From Candidatus Tectimicrobiota bacterium (GTDB lineage: Bacteria; JACPUC01): a stretch of 64,000 nt of DNA. The first letter of the stretch is position 1, and every line of letters starts with the position of its first letter. The translations under genes were made by a program, and so were the position numbers. A model generated the notes under the pieces. That model did no database searches. It had not been told where the DNA came from and saw only the letters and a list, made by a program, of their open reading frames with translations. The DNA lies in NCBI GenBank assembly GCA_016192455.1, contig JACPUC010000019.1:186001-250000 (forward strand), in the 5' to 3' direction. This document shows positions 40,071 through 49,248 of this stretch, in pieces.

Positions 40071-41117
40071 ATGGCAGCAAAAGCGCCCGCCAACAATCGC
40101 TTGGCACAGATCAACCAAGCTTTCCACGGATTCACCGCCTTCCACACCCTCACCATCGGAGCTGAGCTGAATCTCTTTCTCCAGCTTGGCGCCTGGCCGT
40201 CTGGGTTGACGCCTGGCGAGCTTGCCGCCCAGCTTGGGTTGCATGCGCCGTACGTGCGCACCTGGTGCGAAACGGCGTTCGCCAACGCGTTCCTCGACTT
40301 TGATGCCCAAACGGGCCGCTTTCGTCTCGGAGGGGGGCTGGAGGAGCTGCTCGCCCAGCCTGGGCATCCCAACTTCCAGGGCGGCTTCCTGCAAATGTTT
40401 GGCACCTACTTCAGCCAGGAGTTCCTTGAGCTGCCGAAGCTCTTCCGCAACGGTCAGCAGAGCAGCAGCCGCGAGCGCCGCCAGCACTTCGCCGCCCTGC
40501 TGAAGGGGCGCGGCAGGTCGCGCGGCATGCTCTTCGAGTCCAGGGTGCTGCCGCTGCTGCCGGGGTTGCCCGAGCGGCTGCGGGCGGGCGTGGCCTGCCT
40601 CGATCTGGGGTGCGGGGCGGGATCCTTCCTCCTTTACCTGGCCGAGCGGTTCCCGAATTGCACCTTCTGCGGCGTCGATGTTGATCCCCACGCCATCGCC
40701 ATGGCCCAGGAGGGGCTGCGCGATGCCGGCTTTCCGGCGGGGGTGCGCATCGAGCAGCTCGAAGGGAACGATCTGAGGTACGACGCCGCCTTCGACCTCG
40801 CAACCATGAGCCTGGTGCTGCATGAGATCGACTACGACATCCGCCGCCAGGCGCTGACCGACGTGTACCGCGCCTTGAAGCAGCCAGGCTTGCTGGCGAT
40901 CCTTGACTTCCCCTACCCGAGCTGCATCGAGGAGTTCCGCAACCCCGCTTTCAGCATGGGGGTGATCGACCAGTTCTATGAGGTGGCCTGGGGCAGCCGC
41001 CACCAGAGCTGGGAAGAGATTCAAGCCATGCTGGCCCCCCTCGGCTTCAGCCGCTTCCGCCGCGAGTTCCTCGCCGGCACGCCCTACGCCCTGATGGTCG
41101 CCGAGAAGGCGGGGTAA
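40071..41117 (+). CDS. Class I SAM-dependent methyltransferase with N-terminal wHTH
   Basis: TPGELAAQLGL wHTH; LDLGCGAG, GVDVD, ALKQPG. Confidence 0.85.
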   Translation: MAAKAPANNRLAQINQAFHGFTAFHTLTIGAELNLFLQLGAWPSGLTPGELAAQLGLHAPYVRTWCETAFANAFLDFDAQTGRFRLGGGLEELLAQPGHPNFQGGFLQMFGTYFSQEFLELPKLFRNGQQSSSRERRQHFAALLKGRGRSRGMLFESRVLPLLPGLPERLRAGVACLDLGCGAGSFLLYLAERFPNCTFCGVDVDPHAIAMAQEGLRDAGFPAGVRIEQLEGNDLRYDAAFDLATMSLVLHEIDYDIRRQALTDVYRALKQPGLLAILDFPYPSCIEEFRNPAFSMGVIDQFYEVAWGSRHQSWEEIQAMLAPLGFSRFRREFLAGTPYALMVAEKAG

Positions 41118-41251
41118 GCGCGGGGGAACGCCCGGTCACCAGCTCGCCGAGCGGCGAAGCCGGGTCAGCACCGGCAGCGGCAGCGGCTGGCCTCACCTGC
41201 CGCTGCGCGCCAAAGGAGAGAGGCTCGCGGAGCGCTCTCTGGAGAGACGAC

Positions 41252-41875
41252 ATGGTAGAGTTCGCCGTTGACCTTGCAAAGACGGCCCTGCTGGTCATCG
41301 ACATGCAGAACGTTTTCGTCTCGGAAGGGTACGCGTTTTGCGCCCCGAAGGGACGCGATCTGGTGCAGCGTCTCACGCCGCTGCTGGCGCGCTGCCGGGA
41401 GCGCGGCCTGCCCCTCATCTACACCGCCCACGTCATTCGGGCTGATGGCAGCAACCTGGGCGTCCTGGGAAAGATTCACCCGGCGACCTCCCAGGGCGCC
41501 CTCGAGCAGAACAGTGACTCGGCCGCGTTCTACCCCGCCTTGGCGCCGCAGCCGGGTGACATCCTCCTCGAGAAGCCCCGTTACGGCGCCTTCCACGGCA
41601 CCGACCTGGAGATCATCCTGCGGCAGCGCGGCATTGAGACCGTCGTCATCTCCGGCATCGCCACGAACGTCTGCTGCGACACCACGGCGCGCGAGGCAAC
41701 GATGCGCGATTTTCAGGTGATCTTCCTCGCCGACGGCACGGAGTGCCGCGACCTCCCCGATCTGGGCTATGGACCGGTCTCGCATGAGGAGCTGCAGCGC
41801 GTCACCGTGACCAACCTGGGGCGCGGCTTCGCCCAGATCATGAGCATCTCCCAGTTCCTTGACCTGCTGGGGTGA
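41252..41875 (+). CDS. Cysteine hydrolase (isochorismatase family)
   Basis: ALLVIDMQN, KPRYGAF, GIATNVCCDTTAREA. Confidence 0.9.
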   Translation: MVEFAVDLAKTALLVIDMQNVFVSEGYAFCAPKGRDLVQRLTPLLARCRERGLPLIYTAHVIRADGSNLGVLGKIHPATSQGALEQNSDSAAFYPALAPQPGDILLEKPRYGAFHGTDLEIILRQRGIETVVISGIATNVCCDTTAREATMRDFQVIFLADGTECRDLPDLGYGPVSHEELQRVTVTNLGRGFAQIMSISQFLDLLG

Positions 41876-41939
41876 GGCCGCCGCGCTCCGCGCCGAGCGG
41901 CGTCGCGGCGCCTGCGGCCCCCGTCACCTTCCCCCTGCC

Positions 41940-42938
41940 ATGCCCAGAGTTGAGATTCCGAGCCCGTTCCACCTTTCGCCCGGACAGCTCCGGCGACTGC
42001 GCCGCCGCCTCCTCGCCTGGTTCGCCGCCAACGGCAGAGACATGCCCTGGCGCCGCAGCCGCCGCCCCTACCCCATCCTGGTCTCCGAGATCATGCTGCA
42101 GCAGACGCAGGTGGAGCGCGTAGAACCGAAGTGGCGGGCCTTCCTGAAGGCATTCCCGTCGCTGAATCGGCTGGCTCAGGCGCCTCGCCGCGACGTCATC
42201 GTGCTGTGGGACGGCCTCGGCTACAACCTGCGGGCGGTGCGCCTGCATCTCCTGGCGCAGCGGATCAGCCGCGAGCGCCACGGACGGCTGCCGCGCACCC
42301 TGGAGGAGCTGCGGGCCTTGCCCGGCGTCGGCCCCTACACAGCCAGCGCCCTGGCCTGCTTCGCCTTCGGCGTTGATACCCCCGTCGTTGACACGAATAT
42401 CGAACGGGTGCTGCGGCGCCTCTTCGCGGCCGACCCCTCGGACCCCGACGCGCCCATCACGAAGCGCCGCGGCGCGACCCTCGCGGCGGCGCTCCTGCCG
42501 GCCGGACGCAGCCGCGACTGGAACCTGGCCCTCATGGACCTCGGGGCGCAGGTCTGCGCGCCACGCCAGCCGCGCTGCGGCGCCTGTCCTCTCGCCGCCT
42601 GGTGCACGGCGCGCGCCGCATTCGCCGCGCCGCGCCGCCAGGCAGGCAGCCAGCCCCGCTCCCCCTCAACGCCCGGCGGACCGAGGCGCCTGAGCCGCCG
42701 CCCCGCGGTGCGCTTCGAGAACTCCAACCGCTACTACCGGGGCCGCATCGTCAAGCTCCTGCGCTCCCTGGCGCCCCATGAGAGCGTGCCGCTGAGTCAG
42801 CTAGGACGGCGCATCAAAGCAGACTTCACGGTCGCGGACCGCGCCTGGCTCGGGAAGGAGCTGCGGAAGATGGCGCGCGAGGGTCTGCTCGAAGTGCGTC
42901 GGAAGAATGGCCGCTCCCATGTGGCCATGCCGTCGTAA
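41940..42938 (+). CDS. mutY: A/G-specific adenine glycosylase (no NUDIX-like domain)
   Basis: RDMPWR, SEIMLQQTQV, WDGLGY, LPGVGPYTA, VDTN, Cx6Cx2Cx5C. Confidence 0.88.
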   Translation: MPRVEIPSPFHLSPGQLRRLRRRLLAWFAANGRDMPWRRSRRPYPILVSEIMLQQTQVERVEPKWRAFLKAFPSLNRLAQAPRRDVIVLWDGLGYNLRAVRLHLLAQRISRERHGRLPRTLEELRALPGVGPYTASALACFAFGVDTPVVDTNIERVLRRLFAADPSDPDAPITKRRGATLAAALLPAGRSRDWNLALMDLGAQVCAPRQPRCGACPLAAWCTARAAFAAPRRQAGSQPRSPSTPGGPRRLSRRPAVRFENSNRYYRGRIVKLLRSLAPHESVPLSQLGRRIKADFTVADRAWLGKELRKMAREGLLEVRRKNGRSHVAMPS

Positions 42939-42976
42939 GGCTGCGCCGGCATAGGCGGACGGCGGCCGACAGCCCG

Positions 42977-44338
42977 TCAGGGAATCTCCCGCCGGTACTC
43001 CGCGGTGGCGATGCGGTTCGGGAAGTCGATGTCGTCATTCTCGCAGGCGTCGATGATCAGCTTCGAGCCCCAATCCTTGCCGGGATGGACCGGATCGAGG
43101 CGGCTCCCTTTGACGCGGTTGAGGATTTCAATGTCGGTCGCGGCGTCCACGCGGCTGGCCATGGCCCAGAGCACCTGCTCCTCGTCGTAGACGTCGATGT
43201 CGTGATCCACCACGATGACGTGCTTGATGAGCTCCGAGGCGGTGAAGGCGGCCATGGCGGCGAGCTTCGGTTCGCCGTCGCAGCGTTTCTCAATGCTGAT
43301 GTAGCAGTGGAAGCGGCCGGCGCCGCTAATGGGCAGGCAGACGCCGGTGACGGTGGGCACGATGCTCTGCACCTTGCGGTAGATGCTCCCCTCCTTGGGG
43401 ATGGCCCCCAGGAGACGATGCTCGGGATGGCCGACGAAGATGCTCATGCAGTAGGCGTCGCGGCGATGGGTGATGGCGGTGATCTCCACCATCGGCGACT
43501 CGCTGGCGGCGCCGTAGAAGCCGGTGAAATCGCCGAAGGGACCCTCCGCTCCCCGCTCCTGCGGCAGCAGGCGGCCCTCGATGATCATCTCGGCATCGGC
43601 GGGCACCAGCAGCTCCTCCCCGAACGTCTCGGAGGGAACCAGCCGCAGGGGCTCGCCCATCAGCCCGCCGATGCTCTCGTACTCATCCTCCGTGATGCCG
43701 GTGAGGACGCAGTTCCCCAGGTAGTAGGCGGGGTGATGGCCGATGACGCAGGCCACCGGCAGCGGCTCGTTGCGACGCTCGGCGCGCACATAGTAGTCCC
43801 ACAGGTGGCGGCGCTCGAAAAACATCACCACGTGGTTGGGATCGCGCACGTAGCAGCGGTGGAAGGAGGAGTTGTAGACGCCGGTGTCGGGATCGCGGGC
43901 CGACCAGGTCATCGTCAGGTAGGGTCCCTTGTCTTCGAGATGGTGCGTCAGGATCGGCAGGTGGAAGAGGTTTGGATCGGCGACCACCTCCTTCACCGGC
44001 GCCTCCTGCCGCCGGATGACGAGCGGTTTCTCGCGCCTCGCTTCACGGCGCTGGAACTCCAGCACCAGGTCGAGGCCGCTCTTCTCGGGCGGCAGACCAA
44101 GCGCCATGGCGCAGGCGCCGCGCGAGGCGAAGGCGTTCATGAGGATCGGGAACTTTGACGGCTCGCCACTCAGATCATTGATCTTCGTGAAGCAGAGGAG
44201 AGGATAGCGCCGCTGTTTCTCCAACTTGCCGACCAGGGCGCACACTTCCAGGTTAATGTCGTGCGCTTCGGTAATTTCCAGGTAGTTGCCGGGGGCAAGC
44301 CGCCGGGCTGTCTCCAGGTACGTGCGCAGGTCTTGCAT
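42977..44338 (-). CDS. UbiD-family decarboxylase (second, divergent paralog)
   Basis: DKGPYLT, NSSFHR, VPADAEMIIEG, EGPFGDFTGFY, VVDHDIDV, WAMASR. Confidence 0.9.
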   Translation of the reverse strand: MQDLRTYLETARRLAPGNYLEITEAHDINLEVCALVGKLEKQRRYPLLCFTKINDLSGEPSKFPILMNAFASRGACAMALGLPPEKSGLDLVLEFQRREARREKPLVIRRQEAPVKEVVADPNLFHLPILTHHLEDKGPYLTMTWSARDPDTGVYNSSFHRCYVRDPNHVVMFFERRHLWDYYVRAERRNEPLPVACVIGHHPAYYLGNCVLTGITEDEYESIGGLMGEPLRLVPSETFGEELLVPADAEMIIEGRLLPQERGAEGPFGDFTGFYGAASESPMVEITAITHRRDAYCMSIFVGHPEHRLLGAIPKEGSIYRKVQSIVPTVTGVCLPISGAGRFHCYISIEKRCDGEPKLAAMAAFTASELIKHVIVVDHDIDVYDEEQVLWAMASRVDAATDIEILNRVKGSRLDPVHPGKDWGSKLIIDACENDDIDFPNRIATAEYRREIP

Positions 44339-44705
44339 TGCGGTCCTTTCGCCAACGCCGGGGTGTTCTACCCCCTCAGCCTCTCCGCCTCGGAGGGGCG
44401 CCTTACGTTGCGTTCATGGCTCTCACCTTACGGTGGCACGTTTCGCGCTCCCCCCGCGCGGCCTCCCTTCTGGGTCATCCTCGCGCCTCTTCCGCAGCCC
44501 CGCTCCCCCTCATCCCGCCTTTGATTGAGAAGATGCACTGCTCACGGCGACGTTTTCAGCGCCACGGCCGTTCCCGCCTGGCTCCGTTGTCGCAGCAGCG
44601 ACCGCGGCGCGGCCGGGTGGTCCTTTCCACTCTCTTGACTCGGGACACTGGTTCAACCATCATACCCCTGAACCGGGGGCTCAGCGGTGGCTTCAGGAGA
44701 TCGAC

Positions 44706-45017
44706 GTGCGGCATTTCGTCGCCACGCTTTACTTCAGCGCCAGCGCCCGCCACGCCTACCTGGCGGCGCAGTCCGGCGCGGCGCCCATGCCGCCCTCCTT
44801 CGCGGCGCTGCGCGAGCGGCACGTAGCCTACCTCAACGAGCTTATGAAAGGAAGCTCCCTGATCTGCGCCGGCCCAACGCCCGACTACCGCGCCGGCGTC
44901 CTTGTCCTGGCCGCGGAGAGCGAGAGCGCCGCGCACCGGCTCCTGGCTGCCGATCCCTACATGGTGGAGCACGTCTTCGAACGCTACGAGCTGCTTGAGT
45001 TCAAACGGTGCGTCTGA
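44706..45017 (+). CDS. YciI-family protein
   Basis: RERHVAYL, AGP, LAADPY motifs; RBS AGGAG. Confidence 0.8.
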   Translation: MRHFVATLYFSASARHAYLAAQSGAAPMPPSFAALRERHVAYLNELMKGSSLICAGPTPDYRAGVLVLAAESESAAHRLLAADPYMVEHVFERYELLEFKRCV

Positions 45018-45139
45018 ACCGGCGGCCGCGCCGGCAGCGCGCCGCCCGCTCCGCCCCCGGCCTCCGCGGGCGCGGTTGCCTGGGGCAGGGTCCGTTCGTT
45101 GGGCATCGTGCAGGGAGTGTTTTGGAGGAGGAGTTGACC

Positions 45140-46201
45140 ATGCAACCATCGGCTATCAAGGTGAAGCGCGTCCGGGCCCGTGTCAGCATCGTTCTGCTGG
45201 CCGCGGCGCTGCTCCTGGGGTGGAGCATGGCGCCAGCCGGCGCCGCCGAGCCGGTAAAGATCCGCGTCGGCTACGTCCATGTCCCCTCTGAGCTTGGCCC
45301 CGTGATGTTCATGATGAAGCAGGTGCTGAAGAACCACGGCAAGACGTACACGATCGATTACGTCCCCTTCCGCGGCACCGGCCCCATGATCCCCGCTCTG
45401 GCGGCCAAGGAGCTCGACCTCGTCACCCTGGCATTCAACAGCTTCGAGGCTGCCATCAACAACGCCGGCCTCGATCTCAAGATCTACGCCGATAACTTCC
45501 AGGACGGAGTAAAAGGGTACTACACAGGCCAATGGGGCGTGCTGGAGAACTCCGGAATCAACTCCGTCGCCGACCTGAAGGGGAAACGTTTCAGCGTGCC
45601 GGCCATCAACACCGCGGTTGACATGGGCATGCGCGCCGTCATGGAGAAGCAGGGCTGGACGGCAGGCAAGGATTACCACGTCGTCGAGGTGCAGTTTGCG
45701 AACACCGAGGTGTTCTTGCGCGAGAAGAAGATCGACGTCGGCTTCTTCGCCCAGGCCTTCTGGGCGCGGGCGCAACGCGCCGGCGGGATTCGGGAAATCT
45801 TCAAGATGACCGACGCCTTCGGCGGCGTCACCCAGTTCGTCCTGCGCCTGGGCCGCAAGGAGTTCATGGAGCAGCATCGCGGCGTCATGGTCGATTACCT
45901 CGAAGACTACCTCCTTACGCTGCGCTACGTCCAGAACCCGAAGAACCGCGATGAGGCGGTGAAGGCAGCCGCCAAGTTCTTCAAACTGCCCGAGCAGGCC
46001 ATCAACCCCTGGTTCATCGTGCCGGAGAAGGACTACTACCGCGACCCGAACGGCTACATCAACGCCGAGGCCTTGCAGCGAAATTTGAAGCAGATGGTGG
46101 AGATGGGCTTCTCGAAGAAGCTTCTGAAGGTCGCGGAGTACTGGGACCACTCTTACGTGGATGCCGCTGTAGCGCGGGTCGGCAGAGTGGCGACGCCATA
46201 A
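45140..46201 (+). CDS. ABC transporter substrate-binding protein (SsuA/THI5-like)
   Basis: Signal peptide, IRVGY, ALAAKELD, SGINSVADLKGK. Confidence 0.85.
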   Translation: MQPSAIKVKRVRARVSIVLLAAALLLGWSMAPAGAAEPVKIRVGYVHVPSELGPVMFMMKQVLKNHGKTYTIDYVPFRGTGPMIPALAAKELDLVTLAFNSFEAAINNAGLDLKIYADNFQDGVKGYYTGQWGVLENSGINSVADLKGKRFSVPAINTAVDMGMRAVMEKQGWTAGKDYHVVEVQFANTEVFLREKKIDVGFFAQAFWARAQRAGGIREIFKMTDAFGGVTQFVLRLGRKEFMEQHRGVMVDYLEDYLLTLRYVQNPKNRDEAVKAAAKFFKLPEQAINPWFIVPEKDYYRDPNGYINAEALQRNLKQMVEMGFSKKLLKVAEYWDHSYVDAAVARVGRVATP

Positions 46202-46250
46202 GCAGGATGCCACGGGAGTTCACGATTCTTGCCTCATGCCATGAAACGGC

Positions 46251-46282
46251 AACGGACGGAGGGCCCCCACCCTTCGTCCGTT
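46251..46282. terminator. Hairpin between convergent genes
   Basis: AACGGACGGAGGG-ccccca-CCCTTCGTCCGTT. Confidence 0.6.
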
Positions 46283-46407
46283 CTCAGCTCCCCCTGGCGG
46301 CCTCGCCTGCGATCGCCGCCATCCTGGCCTAGGCCTTCTCGATCTCCCTCCTGCGCTGATGCCGCCGCGCTCTCCTGCGGGAGGCCGGCGGCAGCGGCGG
46401 CGCGGCG

Positions 46408-47874
46408 CTAGGCAGGCAGAACGCGCAGGCGCGGGCCCGCCGCGGCGGCAGAGGCGTCCGTTCGGCGCCGCGCTGGCTCGGCGATGAAATCAACCGTATC
46501 CGCTTCCACAAGAGCAGCGCCGACAAAGCTGCCCGCCTCAGGCAACGTTACGCCGTTGCAGCGCAGGTAGACGACCCCATCGATCTCCGGAGCCTGGGTT
46601 GCCAGGCGAGCAACCAGGAGGCCTTCTCGGTCCGCCGCCGGCGGACCCTCGACCAGCACCTGCTGCACGGACCCGAGGAGCTGTTCGTTCCACAGGCGCG
46701 CGGCGGCGTCGCGCGCTTCGCAAAGCAGGCGCAGGCGCTCCTCGACAACCTGCCCCGGCAGGGCTCCGGGAAGCTCGGCGGCGGCGCTCCCCTCCTCCGG
46801 CGAGTAGCGAAAAATCGCCAGGCGATGAAACCCGCCGCCGCGGACAAAGCTCAGCAGCTCGTCAAACTCCGCCTCGGTCTCGCCTGGGAAGCCGGCGATG
46901 AAGCTGCTGCGCAGCGCCGCCTGGGGCAGGAAGGCGCGAATGCGCTCGAGCAGCGCCAGGGTGCTCTGGCGCCGCGTGCCGCGCTTCATGAGACGCAGGA
47001 TGCGGTCATTGATGTGCTGCAGCGGCAGATCGATGTAGGGACAGACCTTGGGAAGCTCGGCGTAGGTCGCCAGGATCGCCTCGCTCAGCTCCGTGGGGTA
47101 GTTGTAGAGCACCCGAATCCAGCGCAGTTCCTCGATGGCGTGCAGCTCGCGCAGCAAGCGCGGCAGGTCGATCTCCCCGCCAAGGTCCTTGCCGTACGAG
47201 GTGATCTCTTGCGCGATGAGGTTCAATTCCACCACGCCGTTGGCCGCCAGCCCCTCCGCTTCGCGCACTACATCCTCCAGCAGGCGGCTGCGGAAGCCGC
47301 CCCGAATGCGCGGAATGACACAGAAGGTGCAGGTCTTCGAGCAGCCTTCGGCGACCTTCAGGTAGGCGGTATAGAACGGCGTCACTTGCAGACGCGGCAG
47401 ATCTCCACGGTAATCCATCAACGTCGGGGTGAAATGGGTGCCTGGAATGTTCCCCGCCGTCGCACCGTCCTGAAGCATCTCCACAATACGCGCGTAATCG
47501 TTCGTGCCGGTGAAGAGGTCAACCTCAGGAAGCTGCTCCCGCAGATCATGCTGGTAACGCTGTGAGAGACACCCAGTAACAACAAGTTTTTGCAATTTTC
47601 CTGAATACTTAAGTTTTGAAACCTCATGTATTGTATCAAGTGATTCCTGTTTCGCCTCGGCGATGAATCCACAGGTATTGACGATAATGGTTTCGGCCTC
47701 GGCTTCATCGACAACCAGCTCATAGCCGGCCAGGGCCAGCTTGGCGAGCATGATCTCGCTGTCAACAAGGTTCTTGGCGCAGCCCAGGGAGATAAGTGCA
47801 AGACGCTTCGAGCCTGCCGCGCGTGACCTCTTATTATGACGAATAGTATCCTTATTTTGTAGTAGTTTAGACAT
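46408..47874 (-). CDS. rimO: Ribosomal protein S12 methylthiotransferase
   Basis: SLGCAKNLVDSE, NTCGFI, AYLKVAEGCSKTCTFC, GFPGETE, QAPEIDG. Confidence 0.95.
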   Translation of the reverse strand: MSKLLQNKDTIRHNKRSRAAGSKRLALISLGCAKNLVDSEIMLAKLALAGYELVVDEAEAETIIVNTCGFIAEAKQESLDTIHEVSKLKYSGKLQKLVVTGCLSQRYQHDLREQLPEVDLFTGTNDYARIVEMLQDGATAGNIPGTHFTPTLMDYRGDLPRLQVTPFYTAYLKVAEGCSKTCTFCVIPRIRGGFRSRLLEDVVREAEGLAANGVVELNLIAQEITSYGKDLGGEIDLPRLLRELHAIEELRWIRVLYNYPTELSEAILATYAELPKVCPYIDLPLQHINDRILRLMKRGTRRQSTLALLERIRAFLPQAALRSSFIAGFPGETEAEFDELLSFVRGGGFHRLAIFRYSPEEGSAAAELPGALPGQVVEERLRLLCEARDAAARLWNEQLLGSVQQVLVEGPPAADREGLLVARLATQAPEIDGVVYLRCNGVTLPEAGSFVGAALVEADTVDFIAEPARRRTDASAAAAGPRLRVLPA

Positions 47875-47993
47875 GGAATCTTAATGATCCTCATTAATCA
47901 TTTGAACGACCGCCTAGAAGTCTGCGAGCAGGTCTTCGAGGGGAAAACAACCTCGATTTATCTGCGCTGGGGTCGCAGGCGCCCGTGGAATCC

Positions 47994-48758
47994 CTACTCC
48001 GCCCGACGAGCCGAGAACTCCGCCCACAGGGTGATGGCGCCGCGTAAGCTGGGTTGCTTGCCGAAGAGCACGACCTCGGCAAAACCCGCCGCCCGAAGTG
48101 CCGCCAGAAACTCCGTTTCCGGCAAGGCCCCCGCCACTCACGAGCTCCAGGCCTTCGGATCCTTGCGCGTCGTTTTGTCGAGGCTGCGATCCAGCATGAC
48201 ATCAGCCAGGGCGAGGCGCCCTCCCCGTCGCAGCACGCGGGCCATCTCGCCGAAGAAGAGGTCCTTGCGTGGCGACAGGTTGCTCACGCCGTTACTGATG
48301 ACGAGGTCGAAGCTCGCGTCGGCAAACGGCAGCAACTCCCCATCACCCTGGACGAGCCGCGCGTTCCGCAGTCGCAGCTCGCGGAGGAGCTGGGCGCAGC
48401 GCCTCAGCATGGCGGGGTTCATATCCAGGCCGACGATCGTGCCTTGGGGTCCGACGGCACGGCTGGCGAGAATCGCGTCGAGTCCCGGCCCCACCCCGAC
48501 ATCGAGGACGCGCTCGCCGCCGCTCGCCTCGGCATAACGCAGCGGGCAGCCCACTCCGCTGAAGGAGGTCACGGCCGACGGCGGCAACGTCTCGATGTCG
48601 CGCGGATAGCCCAGCGCCGCGAGCTCCCTCAACCGGACCGCTCGGGTCTCCTGCTCGGCGGGAGCCTCCGCCATCTCGGTGTATTTGCGCAGCACCTCGC
48701 GCCGCAGCCTCTGCTGTGGCTCCGTAAAGATCGCCGCCGCTCCACCCTGGGTCCTCAC
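47994..48758 (-). CDS. ArsM-like SAM methyltransferase, probable selenoprotein (UGA=Sec at 48138-48140; 254 aa)
   Basis: VLDVGVGPGLD, ISNGVSNL, RVLRRGGRL; frame continues past TGA as WSS-U-VAGALPETEFLAALRAAGF to TAG 47994. Confidence 0.85.
48103..48123 (-). promoter_or_regulatory. Bacterial SECIS-like hairpin
   Basis: GCCGGAAAC-GGA-GUUUCUGGC; apical loop starts with G, 23 nt after the UGA. Confidence 0.7.
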
Positions 48759-48946
48759 AGCGGCCTCTCCTCTCCTCGGCGCTCCCCACCATCTGCAAGC
48801 CCGGCGGGAAGTGACGCAGGGCGCGCCGTCACGCCATTGCGCACTATGTAGTATGGCACCCTCATCCCTTCAGCACCAATCCTTCACAGCCTGCACGGCA
48901 TTCCCTCGATCTCGAGAGGCTGAGCCAGAGGTAGGACTGCGTGTTT

Positions 48947-48976
48947 TTGACAAGCCATTGTGGGGGAGTGTACAAC
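48947..48976 (+). promoter_or_regulatory. Candidate sigma70 promoter for the dehydrogenase operon
   Basis: TTGACA-N18-TACAAC. Confidence 0.4.
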
Positions 48977-49248
48977 ATCACTTGCGTCCATGCAGCGGTT
49001 CCATGGCTCAAGAACTGGAAGAAGCAACCCGGCGGGCGGTTCAGCAACCACCTCCACCAAGGCCGGAGTCGTGGCGCGCTGGGATGCCGGCGTGTCGCCA
49101 GGCGCTGCGACGGTCGGCTGCGCAGGGCGGCAGCGCGATCCGGCGGGCGGCAACAACAACCCAGGTTGCTCCCGCCGCCGCGCGTTGGGGATCGTGCGGC
49201 ATCCCGCCCGCTGCAGTGACGCTGCCGCCGAACGCGAGAGGGTGAGCT

